DNA from: Lama guanicoe
Taxonomy: Eukaryota
Reading direction: 5' to 3'
Assembly: GCA_013239625.1 (NCBI GenBank)
Contig: MU053588.1
Span: 1,746,508-1,810,507, forward strand
Length of the DNA: 64,000 nt
Below the pieces are notes generated by a model that saw only the letters and a program-made list of their open reading frames with translations, was not told the DNA's origin and searched no databases. Of the stretch, positions 1-13,519 are shown one piece after another. Numbering within the stretch: position 1 is the first letter of the stretch; every line of letters begins with the position of its first letter. Position numbers and translations under genes: made by a program.

Positions 1-163
1 GAGTGAGCACCCAGCCCAGCCTGGTTCATCCCTCTGTCCGTCTCTTCCCTCGGGACGCCCTGTGTTCATGAGGGAGGGGTGATAGGGGCAGCTCATCAAT
101 CATAAGGAATAACACGTGTTCCTACGTCTCACTCTTTTCTCTTTCTCATCTCGTCATCCCCAG

Positions 164-3100
164 CTAAGCCTAGACTCAAGGTGAGAAATATCCTGGGACA
201 GGGTTTGGGGACTGGACTCCCGGTTCTGATGGAGGAGGGAGCTTGAGTTCCAAAGTCCTGGGCCTGAAGAAGAAGGGGGCTGGGGATCGGATTCCTCCGT
301 CTGAGGGAGGAGGGGGTGGGGGCCCTCGACTCCTGCCCTCTTTTCTTTCCTTCCTCACAGCACACTGGCAGCGATGGGGAGCTCTTCCCGCCCTTAGAGC
401 CTCAGCCACCAGTTTTAGCTTCTGGAGCCCCTGAGGACCTGGAGGACACTGGACCCCCGACGCTGGATCCCTCTGGGACTTCAATCACTGAAGAGATCCT
501 GGAACTGCTGAACCAGAGGGGCCTCCGGGATCCAGGGGTGAGCCAGGCATCCCATCATGGTGTCCTTGGGGCTCTCGGCTTGGGCAGGCCGACTGAGGGT
601 TGGGGGGACCAGCTTACCCTGGTATCTTTGGCTTCTTCCTCAGTGCCCACTACAGCCATCCTCCCACGACATTCCCAAGTTCCCCGGCGACACCCAGGTG
701 CCGGACGACAGCGATACCCTCACATTTCAAGCCCTACCCAGCCGGGACTCTTCAGAAGAGGAGGAGGAGGAAGAGCTGGATATGGACGACCGGGGGCCTT
801 CCCCACTCCACGTCCTAGAGGGGCTCGAAAGTTCCAGTGCAGCTGAAATTCCCGACATTCCCAGCCTTTCCAAAGATCCTGATGTACCCAACCTCCCTGA
901 AATTCCCAGCCTTTCTGAAATACCCAAAACTCCCCGCCTTCCCAGCCTCTCTGACATTTCCAGTGTTTTTGAAATGCCCTGCCTTCCAGCCATACCTAGT
1001 GTCCCCGACATTCCCAGCCTTTCCAGCGCTCCTGCCCTCCCCTGTGACTCCTGGCTCCAGGGACCTCTGCAGGAGCCGGATGAGGCTCCAGCCACCAGGA
1101 GAGAACTGTTCCCTGGGAGCAGTTCTGGAAAACTGGAAGAATCCTCCTCAGAAAGCAGGGCAGAGCAAGAAGAGGATGAAGGAGTATCATTCCCCGATTT
1201 CCAACCCCGGCATGTCACCCCAGATCAGGGATTCCCAGATGAGCTGGAGTTCCGCTCTTGCTCAGAAATCCGGAGTGCCTGGCGGGCACTGGAGCAGGGA
1301 CAGCTGGCCCGGCCAGGTTTCCCAGAGCCGTTGTTGATCCTAGAAGATTCGGATCTGAGTGGAGGCAGCAGAAGTGGGAAGGCAGGAGCCCCAGCTTCAG
1401 AGAGGTCGGCGTCTCGTGTGCGAGAGTTGGCCCGGCTTTACAGTGAGCGGATCCAGCAGATGCAGCGGGCAGAGACCCGGGCATCGGCCAACGCCCCCCG
1501 CCGCCGTCCACGGGCTCTGGCCCAGCCACAGCTGTTGCCCTGCCTGCCCCACGAGCAGGCCGAGCCAGGTGAGGGCCAGGTGTGTGGTCGGCAAAGGTGG
1601 CCCACAGAGGGTATCGGTCCTAACTCATCCACCTTTCTTTATATGCAGGGCCCCTTCCTGCCTTTGGACACGTGCTGGTATGTGAGCTGGCCTTCCCACT
1701 GACCTGTGCCCAGGAATCTGTCCCCCTAAGCCCTGCTACCCGGGTTCAAGCTGCCACACCCTTGACTAAGCAGGGAGGCTGCCTGGGCAGCCAGGGTCTA
1801 AATGTTTCAAATTTGCCTGAGCAAGACCATCTGGACATCCAGGTTCCAGCTCCTACCCCTCTGCCTGAACAAGGAAGCCTCTGGAATATCCAGATTCCAG
1901 CCACCACACGTTTGCCCTCAAAGGAAGACTCCCCAGGTGTCCAGGTTCCAGCTGTTACAACTTTGCCTGATCAAGAAGGCCACATGGAAATTCAGGTTCC
2001 AGCTGCCACCCCTCCTCTGCCTGAGCAGAGAAGCCAAGTGGATGTACAGGTTCCATCTCCCACCTCTTTTCCTGAGCAAGGCCACCAGGTAGACATCCAA
2101 GATCCAGCCACCACAGCTTTGCCCAAGCAAGAAAGTTATCTTGATGTCATGGTTTTAGCCACCACTCCTGTGGCCAAGCGAGAAGGCTGCCTGGACAGCC
2201 AGAGCCCAACCAACACCCCATTAACTAAGCAAGGGGGTTCCAGGGATGTTCAATTTTCAGCCACTGCCTGTGGCCAAGCCGTCAACCCTTTGCTCACACA
2301 CGGAAGCAGCCTGGACCGTCAGATCCCAGCCGACACCCCACTGCCCTCGCAACTTGACCTCCCAGACATTCAGGTTCTGGGGACCTGTCCTTTGCCTGCT
2401 CATGGAAGCCACCTAGACCATCAGATCCCAGCCAATTCTCCGTTATCCTTGCCCCAGGACCTCCCAGACTTTCAAGTTCCAGCTGCCACACCTTTGCCCC
2501 AGCCACAGGGCCTCATGGACACCCGGGTCCAACCCCTCCCACCTTTGCCGCAGGAGGGAGGCCTCCCAGACATCCAGGGTCCAGCTGCCATGCCTTTGCT
2601 GCAGGAGCATAGCCTCACAGACCTCCAGGTTCAAAATCTGACACCTCTGTTGGAACAGAAGAATCCCACAGACGTCCACGTTCCAGCTGCCACACCTTTA
2701 CTTGAGCAAGGAGGTCCCCGGGACAGTCAGGGCGTGTTCCCCACCCCAGTTCAGACCACCGTGGCTTTGTCCAAACCAGGCAGCCACTCAGTCCCTCCTG
2801 TTGCCAGGCCAGGGTCTTCAGACTTGACCCCACCCCATAGTCCCCCACTCCCAACCCGTCAGCTCCTGGGCCCCAACGCAGCTGCCCTCTCGAGATACTT
2901 GGCAGCCTCATACATCAGCCAGAGCCTGGCTCGACGGCAGGGGCCTGGAGGAGAGGCCTTCCTGGCCTCCCGGGGCCCTTGGTCCTCCTCTGCCCCCACA
3001 TCACGGGCACCTTCACCGCCACCCCAGCCCCAACCCCCACCGCCCCCAGCCAGAAGGCTCAGCTATGCCACCACGGTCAACATCCAAGTCGGGGGTGGTG

Positions 3101-3222
3101 GGCGGCTACGACCAGCCAAAGCCCAGGTCAGGTTGAACCACCCTGCCCTCTTGGCACCCTCCCAGGAATCTGTGGGCCTTCGCAGAGCCCAGGGGGCTCC
3201 TGATGCCCCTTTCCACATGTGA
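164..3222 (+). CDS. PLEKHG2: PLEKHG2 (pleckstrin homology and RhoGEF domain containing G2), last four coding exons; 5' part lies outside the window
   Basis: Exons 164-180 (17-nt micro-exon, (A)KPRLK), 361-537, 656-1568 and 1649-3222 (TGA), all AG/GT bounded and phase-compatible. Translation has [66 protein letters not shown] and ends GAPDAPFHM*, matching the recalled human PLEKHG2 C-terminus. Confidence 0.95.
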
Positions 3223-3850
3223 GCCAGGATGTTGGGCTTCTTGAAAAGCAAAGACTTCAACTAGATGCCACAGACCCTCAGAATTCACCTAGAAGTCCAG
3301 ACACTGAACACACGTCTGAAAATTGCTGCAACTTTCCAACTCCCCAGCTCCTTGGTGAATGGTCCTTATTACTTATCTGGATTAACTCAACAGGGATGGG
3401 AAAGGGGATGTCATTAATATTTTGTTTATTAATATTTTGAAATTATGTGTCTTTCCCATTCTGGAGGCAGTGGGGGATGATAGAAGACAACAATGAATGG
3501 GAAGGAATTGCAGCACAAATCAGTCATTTTGAAAATTTGGGGAATTGCAGACACCTTTGAGAATTATTGGAAACTGGACCCATTGCAATTTGGTGTATGA
3601 TTTCAGAGGGTTAATGAACTGTTTGGTGCCCATCCAGGACAGCCAAGTTAAGATGCTTTGTTCCAAGCAGACCCCTAGAAATTCATTCCGTCAGCAATTT
3701 ATCTAGTTCATGGGTCCCACCATCATCCATTCATCTCATCTGCTCAGCCATCTCTACCTATTCATTTAACTGTCTCTCCATCTCTCTCTCTCCCTCTCTG
3801 TGTGTCTTCTAATCCTTCATCCCACCCATGTGTCTTTTTTTCCCTCCCTT

Positions 3851-3931
3851 AAGGGAGGCACTGGGGATAAAACCCAGGATCTTGTGTACGTCAAGCATGT
3901 ACTCTACCACTGGGATGTACCCCCAACCCCC
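3851..3931 (-). mobile_element. tRNA-derived SINE (camelid Vic-like), degraded
   Basis: Reverse complement reads ...CAGTGGTAGAGTACATGCTTGAC...CCTGGGTTTTATCCCCAGTGCCTCC, the same A-box/B-box head as the other copies. Confidence 0.7.
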
Positions 3932-4689
3932 ACCCATGTCTTGCTTTACTCAACCGTCTCTACCCTATTCACCCCTCATCCAAACTCCCATCTAGCATCC
4001 ATTCCTTCATCAGTCCATTCATCCATCTACTATCGCATCTGTCCATCTTCTCCAGCCAACTCTCCATTCATCCATTTGTTCCTCCATATTTCCATCTCTG
4101 TCCGTTCATTCATGCTTCTCATCACTCAGCCATCTCCTAACCCTTCAAGCCAACCATCCTACCACCATCTGTACCACTATCCTTCCACCCCCTTTACTCT
4201 CTCTATCCATTCCTCATTAATTAGATTTTTCTGGGTCTTGGTACTACAAAACTTCAGAGACAGTTCCATGCTAACGCCAAAATGGATCAAGTTTGGGATT
4301 CTGGGAAAAATACCCCACATCTGTCTTACTGCTCTTAGCAACCACTCTCCACCCTCCTGAGTACTGCAATTCTTGGACCTACCCGCACACACATCAGATC
4401 TCTTTACTCCATCTCTAGCTTGGGACCTCTACAGTACCTCAGTGTGCCCCACCCCCCAAAAGTAATTCAGGTCTTAGAGACAAACAAAGGCTTTTATATT
4501 AAGATCGTTCTCTCCCACTCCCAGCAGTGGCCATTGAAAAGCACAGTTTAAGCAGTTTCTTCAGTAAGATTAGCTTCTTTCATTGAACACTTAACATGTT
4601 GTGATTTAGCACATCATCTCAGGATCTTCCCTGGTATTCTGAGGAGACACCATAGCATTACGGCTGAGTTCAAGTCCCAACTTTTCTAG

Positions 4690-5110
4690 GACTTGGTGTG
4701 TAACTTCCCTTCCTCCAAGCCTGAGTTTCCTCATCTGTACAATGAGGATGGCAGTATCTGCCATGTAGGATTGTTGTAAAGATTCCCTGAGTATATCCTC
4801 ACTTCCCAAGTGTTTGAGCCTGACTCACTAGGGCACTGTTCAAATCACAGATGTCCCAGCCCATGGAATCAGAACCTCCAAGGCAGGACCCTAAGAATCT
4901 GAAATTTTAACAGTTAACAGCAAAAAAATGCTGTTATTGAGTACTAACTGCATACCCCAAGCATTAGTCACTTTTTCTGAAGCTCATTCTCTTTGAGTCC
5001 TCACAATATCCCTAAATGGCAAGTGAGGATGGCTTTTAATCTCCACTTTAGAGATGAGGAAACTGAGGCACAGAGAGGACAAGGGACTCACTTGCCCAGT
5101 CACACAGGTG
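4690..5110. mobile_element. MIR SINE fragments (two, opposite orientation)
   Basis: CCTGAGTTTCCTCATCTGTACAATGAGGAT (~4720-4750) and TTTAGAGATGAGGAAACTGAGGCACAGAGAGG (~5047-5078) are MIR core motifs. Confidence 0.65.
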
Positions 5111-6958
5111 GGAAGGAGCAGAATTGGGGCTCATCCACGCAGCCAAGCCTGAGTCTCCACTTACTCGAGTGTCTGTCCTGTGTCAGGCACTGTTCTTGCC
5201 ACTGGGAGCACAACAGAGAACAATTCCTTGCCCACTTAAGACTTGCAGCCCTGTGCTCCCAAGGCCCTAGGTAGTTGATTAATTAGCTAGGTAAAAGAGC
5301 AAGGCCTGGCTCAACGTTAGTAGCTGGCTTCTGTTCAGTTATTGGGTGTTTACCATGTCACACACCAGGGCCCGGGCCCAGTCGGGCTCTGCAGCCTGGA
5401 CCTGCTCCACTGCAGCCTCCGGAGGTCAGGGCTGAGGCTGGCCCTCCCCGCCTCCACCCCTAGCTGCACATTCCCAGCCACCCCCAGCTGCACATTCCCA
5501 GCTGAAGGAAAGTTCCCAGCCCAGCCTGGGCTCCCAGCAGCGTCGGAATTCCCGGTATTTAAGGAGGCGGCCGGGAGGGAGAAGGGGACTGTCTACTCCA
5601 AGGCCTGGAGTGAGAAGGCGAGGCGAGCCCCCTCGGCCTCTCCAGATGTGTTCCAGCTGTGCCCCAGCTGTGCCTCGGGGAGGGAGCCAGAAGCCTCCAT
5701 AAGGGGGTCTCTGGACCCTGTGGGAAAACCATGGGCACTCGTTTTGCCTCAACCCCTCCCCCTGGTCCCTGCCCTTAAATTCCATTCCTCCCGCCAGCCA
5801 GCCCGACTCCTACCTCTGCTTCATGGCCCCAGTTCCAACGCCTCCTCAGGAAGACGTTTCTGGCTGCTCTACTACAGCCTGCCTTTTGTAAGCTTGGTCT
5901 TTAGAGCTACAGTTAAGACAGGCTTGGAAAGGGTAAGTAAGGGCGGCTGCCCACTGCCACCTTTGGGAAACTGCTGCCCTCCTTGGGGTGTTTGGGTTAA
6001 TGCCAGCCAAACTTAGTTAACCCGAGTTAACTCCAGCTCCAGTGCAAAACTTGGTGTGGTGGTTATTTTGCCACCAGGCTGAACTTTCTCCCCCGCTAAC
6101 AAGAAGACTTCACGGGAATATTAAGTCCGACAGTGCTTAGCCTGGCATCTTGTTAGAGCCCAGTCAACCCACTCTCCATCTGTAAGCACTTTATTTGTAG
6201 GCATTCCCTGTACATCAGTGTCTCCCATGGAACCTTCCTTGACCACAGCAACATCCTCATCTGTGCAGTGCCTACACGTGCCTACTCTGTCAGGTAGGGC
6301 AGATACACACAATGGGCAGTGAATCAGTAAACCCTAAGTTCCTTCTTTTATAAAGAAAATTGGTGAAACTATCCCTTGATCAACATTCGAGTGTGTAATG
6401 AAGTTCCTGTTGGCATTCCCAGCACGGGGAGTAGTGTGGAACCTACCCCACTGGGGGGCAGATGGCTGTGTCCAAGGTGGGTGCAAAGGCTGGTATGGGA
6501 CGCACAGACGCCTCCCCCCACCCGTGTCACTCCAATGATGCTCACTAGCTTCCTATAAAAATGAGGAAAGAAACTGAAGGCAACGTGATCCACAAGCAAT
6601 ACTTCACTCCCCTATACATATATCAGCGCCATCCCACAGAACTTTCTTCCATGATGGAAATGCTTTATCATCTGCACAGTCCAGTGGTAGCAACTGAGCC
6701 TGCTATGTCAGCTCTTACCACATGGCAGACACAAATGAGCCTGTCCTCAGGCCCATAAGGACAGTTACCACCCTGACCGTAACTGGGACCTGCTTTAAGG
6801 AGGCCATGGGGGCAGGTGGTTTTCCCAGGAGTTACTATTGATATCCTGAAGGTGAAACCAGGCAAGGGGAATCATCCACAACAGGCTTACAGCCATCCCA
6901 CCCCCTCAGCTCTCAGTCCTATCTACACTACAGGTTGGGATTAAGAAAACTTCCTTTC

Positions 6959-7093
6959 GGGAGGGGGAGGGTATGGCCCAAGTGGTAGAGTGTGTGCTTA
7001 GCAAGCATGAGGTCCTGGGTTCAATTCCCAGTAACTCCATTTAAAAAAATATAAAGATAAACCTAATTATCCCACCAAAAGAAACTTTAAAAA
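6959..7093 (+). mobile_element. tRNA-derived SINE (camelid Vic-like) with 16-bp target-site duplication
   Basis: GGGGAGGGTATGGCCCAAGTGGTAGAG...GGTTCAATTCCC head and A-rich tail. Exact TSD AAGAAAACTTCCTTTC at 6943-6958 and 7094-7109. Confidence 0.9.
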
Positions 7094-7522
7094 AAGAAAA
7101 CTTCCTTTCCCAACATTGGCACGGATGGCCCTTAGCTGCTGACTTCAGACTCCAGGCAGTTCTCCTCACTCTGTATTAAAGATTATTCTCTCACACATTT
7201 CCCCTGCTCTTCTCTGCATGTCATTAAAATAGCAACAAAAGGACTGAAAGGAAAAAAAAAAAGACAAACCACAAGATTACCCCACACGACCAATGGCGAG
7301 CCCCTATCCCCTGTGCCCTCACACTGGACTCTACTGGAGACACAGGGAAACAAACCAGGTCTGCTCCCACCTATCTACCCTAACTCTAGAGTCACAGCTT
7401 CTAGAAAGGCTCAAAACCCAGACTAGCAGTGAGCTGAGGTAGTTTCTTGCACTCCTTTTAGCCAAAGACACACCACACAAGACCACAGCATAGCCCTTGA
7501 AACCTTTAATCACACAACCATC

Positions 7523-7528
7523 TTTATT
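7523..7528 (-). terminator. RPS16: RPS16 polyadenylation signal AATAAA
   Basis: TTTATT on + strand ~30 nt after the RPS16 stop; a second ATTAAA lies at 7505-7510. Confidence 0.85.
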
Positions 7529-7559
7529 ATAAAAGTGAACCCGGATCTTCACGACGGGC

Positions 7560-9901
<2,342 letters not shown>

Positions 9902-9929
9902 TTACTCCACAGCTCCTTACCGCGCGGCG

Positions 9930-10120
9930 CCGCAACCGGAAAAGGAAAGCAAAAGGGCCACCCCGTCTGCTTTTCAGGGTCTGCGCAGGCGCGTTGTGCG
10001 CAGCGTCGCGACAGGAAGCGGCTTTACGGCTTGTGGGCGGAACTTTGGATTGGCGGCGGGAAGGTGGAGCCCAGGAGCGGAAGGGGCGTGACGTGGGCGT
10101 GGAAGGGGCGGGGCCTGGAG
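9930..10120 (-). promoter_or_regulatory. RPS16: RPS16 CpG-island promoter with 5' TOP initiator
   Basis: Minus-strand pyrimidine tract CCTTTTGCTTTCCTTTTCC (~9938-9956, 5'TOP). NRF1-like TGCGCAGGCGC (~9982-9992), ETS CAGGAAG, CCAAT (ATTGG), GTGACGTG and GC boxes. Confidence 0.85.
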
Positions 10121-10289
10121 GGTGTTGGGTAGGGACCGAGAACGGTGAGAACAAGCTGGTCTTCATATCCTTGGTCCTCATTGGTCACCTCCAGTTCTTA
10201 TTTGCATTTGGGCTCTTTAATTATATGCCTCCGCTCCCAATCCCAAGCGAGTCGCTCCTTTTTCTAAAGATCCAGTGTTACCGCCTCAT

Positions 10290-10960
10290 CAACGGCAATC
10301 TTCCTCCCCAAATCCTCCTCCATCAGAATCTTCCCTCCGGAACCCACAGCAAGAAATCTGGCAGAATTCAGAATATCCCTACCTCCTAGAACCCACCTCT
10401 TCGAGAGTCTTCCCACAGAATCCTTTTTCTCTTAGAGCCCCCTCCACCAGAATCTAGCTTTCACGAGAATTTCCTTACTTTTAGAGTCTCCGCTTCCCAG
10501 AATTCTTCTCTGGGAAGCCCACTCCCAAATCCCCCACCCTCACCCTAGACTCCCTCTTTCCTGAATCCCCCTTCACTCGGGGTCCTCCCCCCTATAATTT
10601 CCCCCAGAATCTTTCCTTAGGACCCACGGCCCCCAGAATCCTCCTTTTTCAGAATCTCCCTCTCCCCTCAATCCACTTTTCCCAGAACTGCTCCCCTAGA
10701 ATCCCCTTTCAGAAAATCCTCATCCTTTTCAGAGCCCCCTCTCTGAAAATCTACCTTTCCCAAGAATTTTCTGCCCTTCAGAGTCTCCTCTTCCCAGCAA
10801 GTGTCTTCCCTGAAATTTGTCTCCCTACTAGAATCCCCCATTCCTTGGAAACCCTTCCTCTAAACCCCTCTTTTAAGGGTCCCTATCCTAGGACCCCTCT
10901 TTCTCCAGAGTCCCCCAAGTCACCCTCCTCTCTAGGCCCTTCCCTACAGAATTCTCTATC
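10290..10960. repeat. Degenerate pyrimidine-rich tandem array (CCCAGAATC/TTAGAG-type units)
   Basis: More than 15 recurrences of (C/T)AGAA(T/C) in C/T-rich spacers at ~15-50 nt spacing; strong strand asymmetry. Confidence 0.6.
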
Positions 10961-11114
10961 CCCAGGAACCTCAGGATTGGGTAGCCCTCAAGCTCCCCGC
11001 CACTCAGGATGCTTCCTTCCCAACCAAGAGCTTCCTCTCAGGGCTGCAGGGAGCCCTGTTTCTCTGGCAGCACTGGGTCTGGGGTCCAAGGTTCAAAGAG
11101 GTGTATTGGTTCAC

Positions 11115-13485
11115 CTATTCCTGGAGGGCGGAGACAGGGTGGAGATTGGTGGACAGGTCTGGGTCCAGAGGTGGATCCTCCAGCTCAGAGTCCAGCTCCA
11201 AAAGGGTGAGAGGGAAAGGAGCGAGGGGCAGGGGAAGGAGGAAGGTAGCATCCAGAGGCTGACCTAGAGGGACACGCAGACAGATACCCAGCACAGGAGA
11301 GAGACAGGCACACATGGAGGAGAAGGCAAAGACAGGGCCAATGGAGAAGAGGAGAAAGAAGAGACACTGGGTCAGACAAAGATGGAGCCAGAAAACAGGT
11401 GACCGAGATTCAGAGGCAGAGAGGCCAACCCTCAGAGAAAGAGCAGAAGACAGACAGGTACAGGCAGGCACTAAGACTCCAAGACACTTGAGACAGAAAT
11501 GGAAGTAGAAAGAGCAGAGACTCCCAAATATGCACCTGCAGACAAGAGAAAGCGTAACACTGGCATTTTCCAATGAGAAGACAGGCCACAGAAGCACACA
11601 CTCACACACTTTGTATTGCCTTATGGGCCTGTTTAGGGGGCAGAAGAAGCTTCTAAACTCACCAGTCTTTCCAGGCTGATCCTCATAGCCTTGCTGAGTC
11701 TGGTATCTTGGAGCGGGGAGAGAGTCTGGGAGCCCTCTGACCTTGGCCCTCGCTACTCTAGGGTCACCGTCTCCCCCAGCCTCCTGGAGTCAATTTCCTG
11801 CATATCTATGGATTGAGTAGAGCTGGGAGGCAGTTCCCCTCACCCACTCCAGCCTTCCAACTTGCTCCCTCTCTCTGTACCTCTTGTTTCCAGGACCCCG
11901 GGCCAGAACCAGAGAAAGTCTAGGGGTGGACAGTGTGCCCATGTGGCCTCTCCAAACCATCCTTCTGCAGGTGCCACACTTGGGGAGCCTGGGACCACCC
12001 CTCTGCCCACGGGAGCGTTTCTACTTCCTCATTGCCATCATGAAGATCCTGGTGAGGAGGGAGGGAAGAGCCAGCAGACAGGGGCAGGGTGGGGGGCACA
12101 TTCAAGAAAGGGTCAGGCTCTCCCCTTCCAAGGTCTGATTTTCCTCCCTACCCCACAATTGTAGGGAAACAAAAATGATGGCACTCTCTACACCCAAGAT
12201 GATCTCTCGGTGAGTATTTCATTAGCTCCTTACTGAAGTTGAAAGTTTAGGAAGAATCCACTAGCCTTAGAATATGTACATGTTGAGAACAGGATGTGGG
12301 TGGGCTGATGTTCTGGCTGGCTGGTCCCTGACCCACCCCTAGCCTTGACAGATATAACTTATTCACTGCTGTCACCAACACCTCCAACAGTGACTGGCAC
12401 ATAATAACAACAAAGGGTGATGATGATTACAGCTATACTTAAATAGTGCTCACTCTGTGCCATGTTCTGGTCTAAATGCTTTAAGTGTATTAGCTTACTG
12501 ACTCTTCACACTGACCCTATGAGGTAAATACAACCGTCATGTATGGATGTGAAGGTTGTACACTGCACAAGGGTCCCACATCTACAAGGACAGTATTCTC
12601 ATCATTTCCATCACATCTATGCTTGTCAACTTCTGGAAGATGGCAATAAAGTACCTTGTTTTAACAAAATCAGCACTTAGAAGTGTTTTAAGGAAAGAGT
12701 GTCTTTTTCTAACTCACACAGGAGCACTAGAGTCAGCCTTGAAGATGGGCATTATTAAGAGCTCCAATTTATAGATGAGAAAACTGATGCCCAGAGAGGC
12801 AAAGGGGCATGACCCAGGTCACAAGTCAGAAATTGTGAGGGTGAGGATTTGGGATCAGTCCCTTGCCCAAACATACCAGATCACTCTGTCCCCATAGGTG
12901 TGTCCTGCTGAGACTCTAGGCTGCTTCCAGCTGGAGCTGTCTGTTTTTGGGTTTGAAGAGGGCCCATCCGTGGGGACTGCTGTGTTCCGGCTACAGCGCC
13001 TACTGGATGCCCTGGGGTCCCGGCTGTGGGTAACTGGCCAGGGCCACTGTCCACCCTGTGAAGGACACCTGCGGAGACCTGTCCCTCTCTTTTTGGCCAA
13101 ACTCTTGGAGTTATTACAGGGGGCTTGTGCTCGGCATCTGCCCTCAGCATGAGACTGGGAGGACACAGACTCTGGTACTCCTGGAGAGGCTGAGTGGAGA
13201 GATGGAGAGGAGACCTGGTCTCCAGCCCCAGCTCCCAACCTAAGCCTTCTCCTCCTAGGCCAGAGGACCCCACCTGGAGCCTCAGGAACTAGGAGAAGAG
13301 GAGAGAAGGAGGAAATAAAAGGTGAGACCTGAAGCCTGAAGTCTCCAACCTACTGGGGCAGAGGGTTGGATAAATTGCCCCCACCTGCCCTCATTGTTCT
13401 CTGTCTTTTTCAGATACTCCCTCCTCTCTCCTCTTCCAGGAAGGGACAAAGCATTGCACATGTGTCTCTAACCTCATCCCCATCC
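11115..13485 (-). pseudogene. Candidate unannotated multi-exon gene relic (6 exon-like segments) between RPS16 and SUPT5H
   Basis: Segments 13485-13385, 13288-13274, 13180-12877, 12048-11881, 11797-11663 and 11195-11115, with GT donors and AG acceptors (several with long pyrimidine tracts). Phase-0 frame from ATG 13483 is interrupted by TGA/TAG stops and one 1-nt frameshift. Identity not recognised. Confidence 0.55.
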
Positions 13486-13519
13486 CTTGAGGACAGGGAG
13501 ATTCTTGTGGCTCACATCC

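Noticed and set aside
5342..6016. 224-aa single-exon ORF
   Set aside because: Non-ATG start, no recognisable domain, GC-rich intergenic or UTR context.
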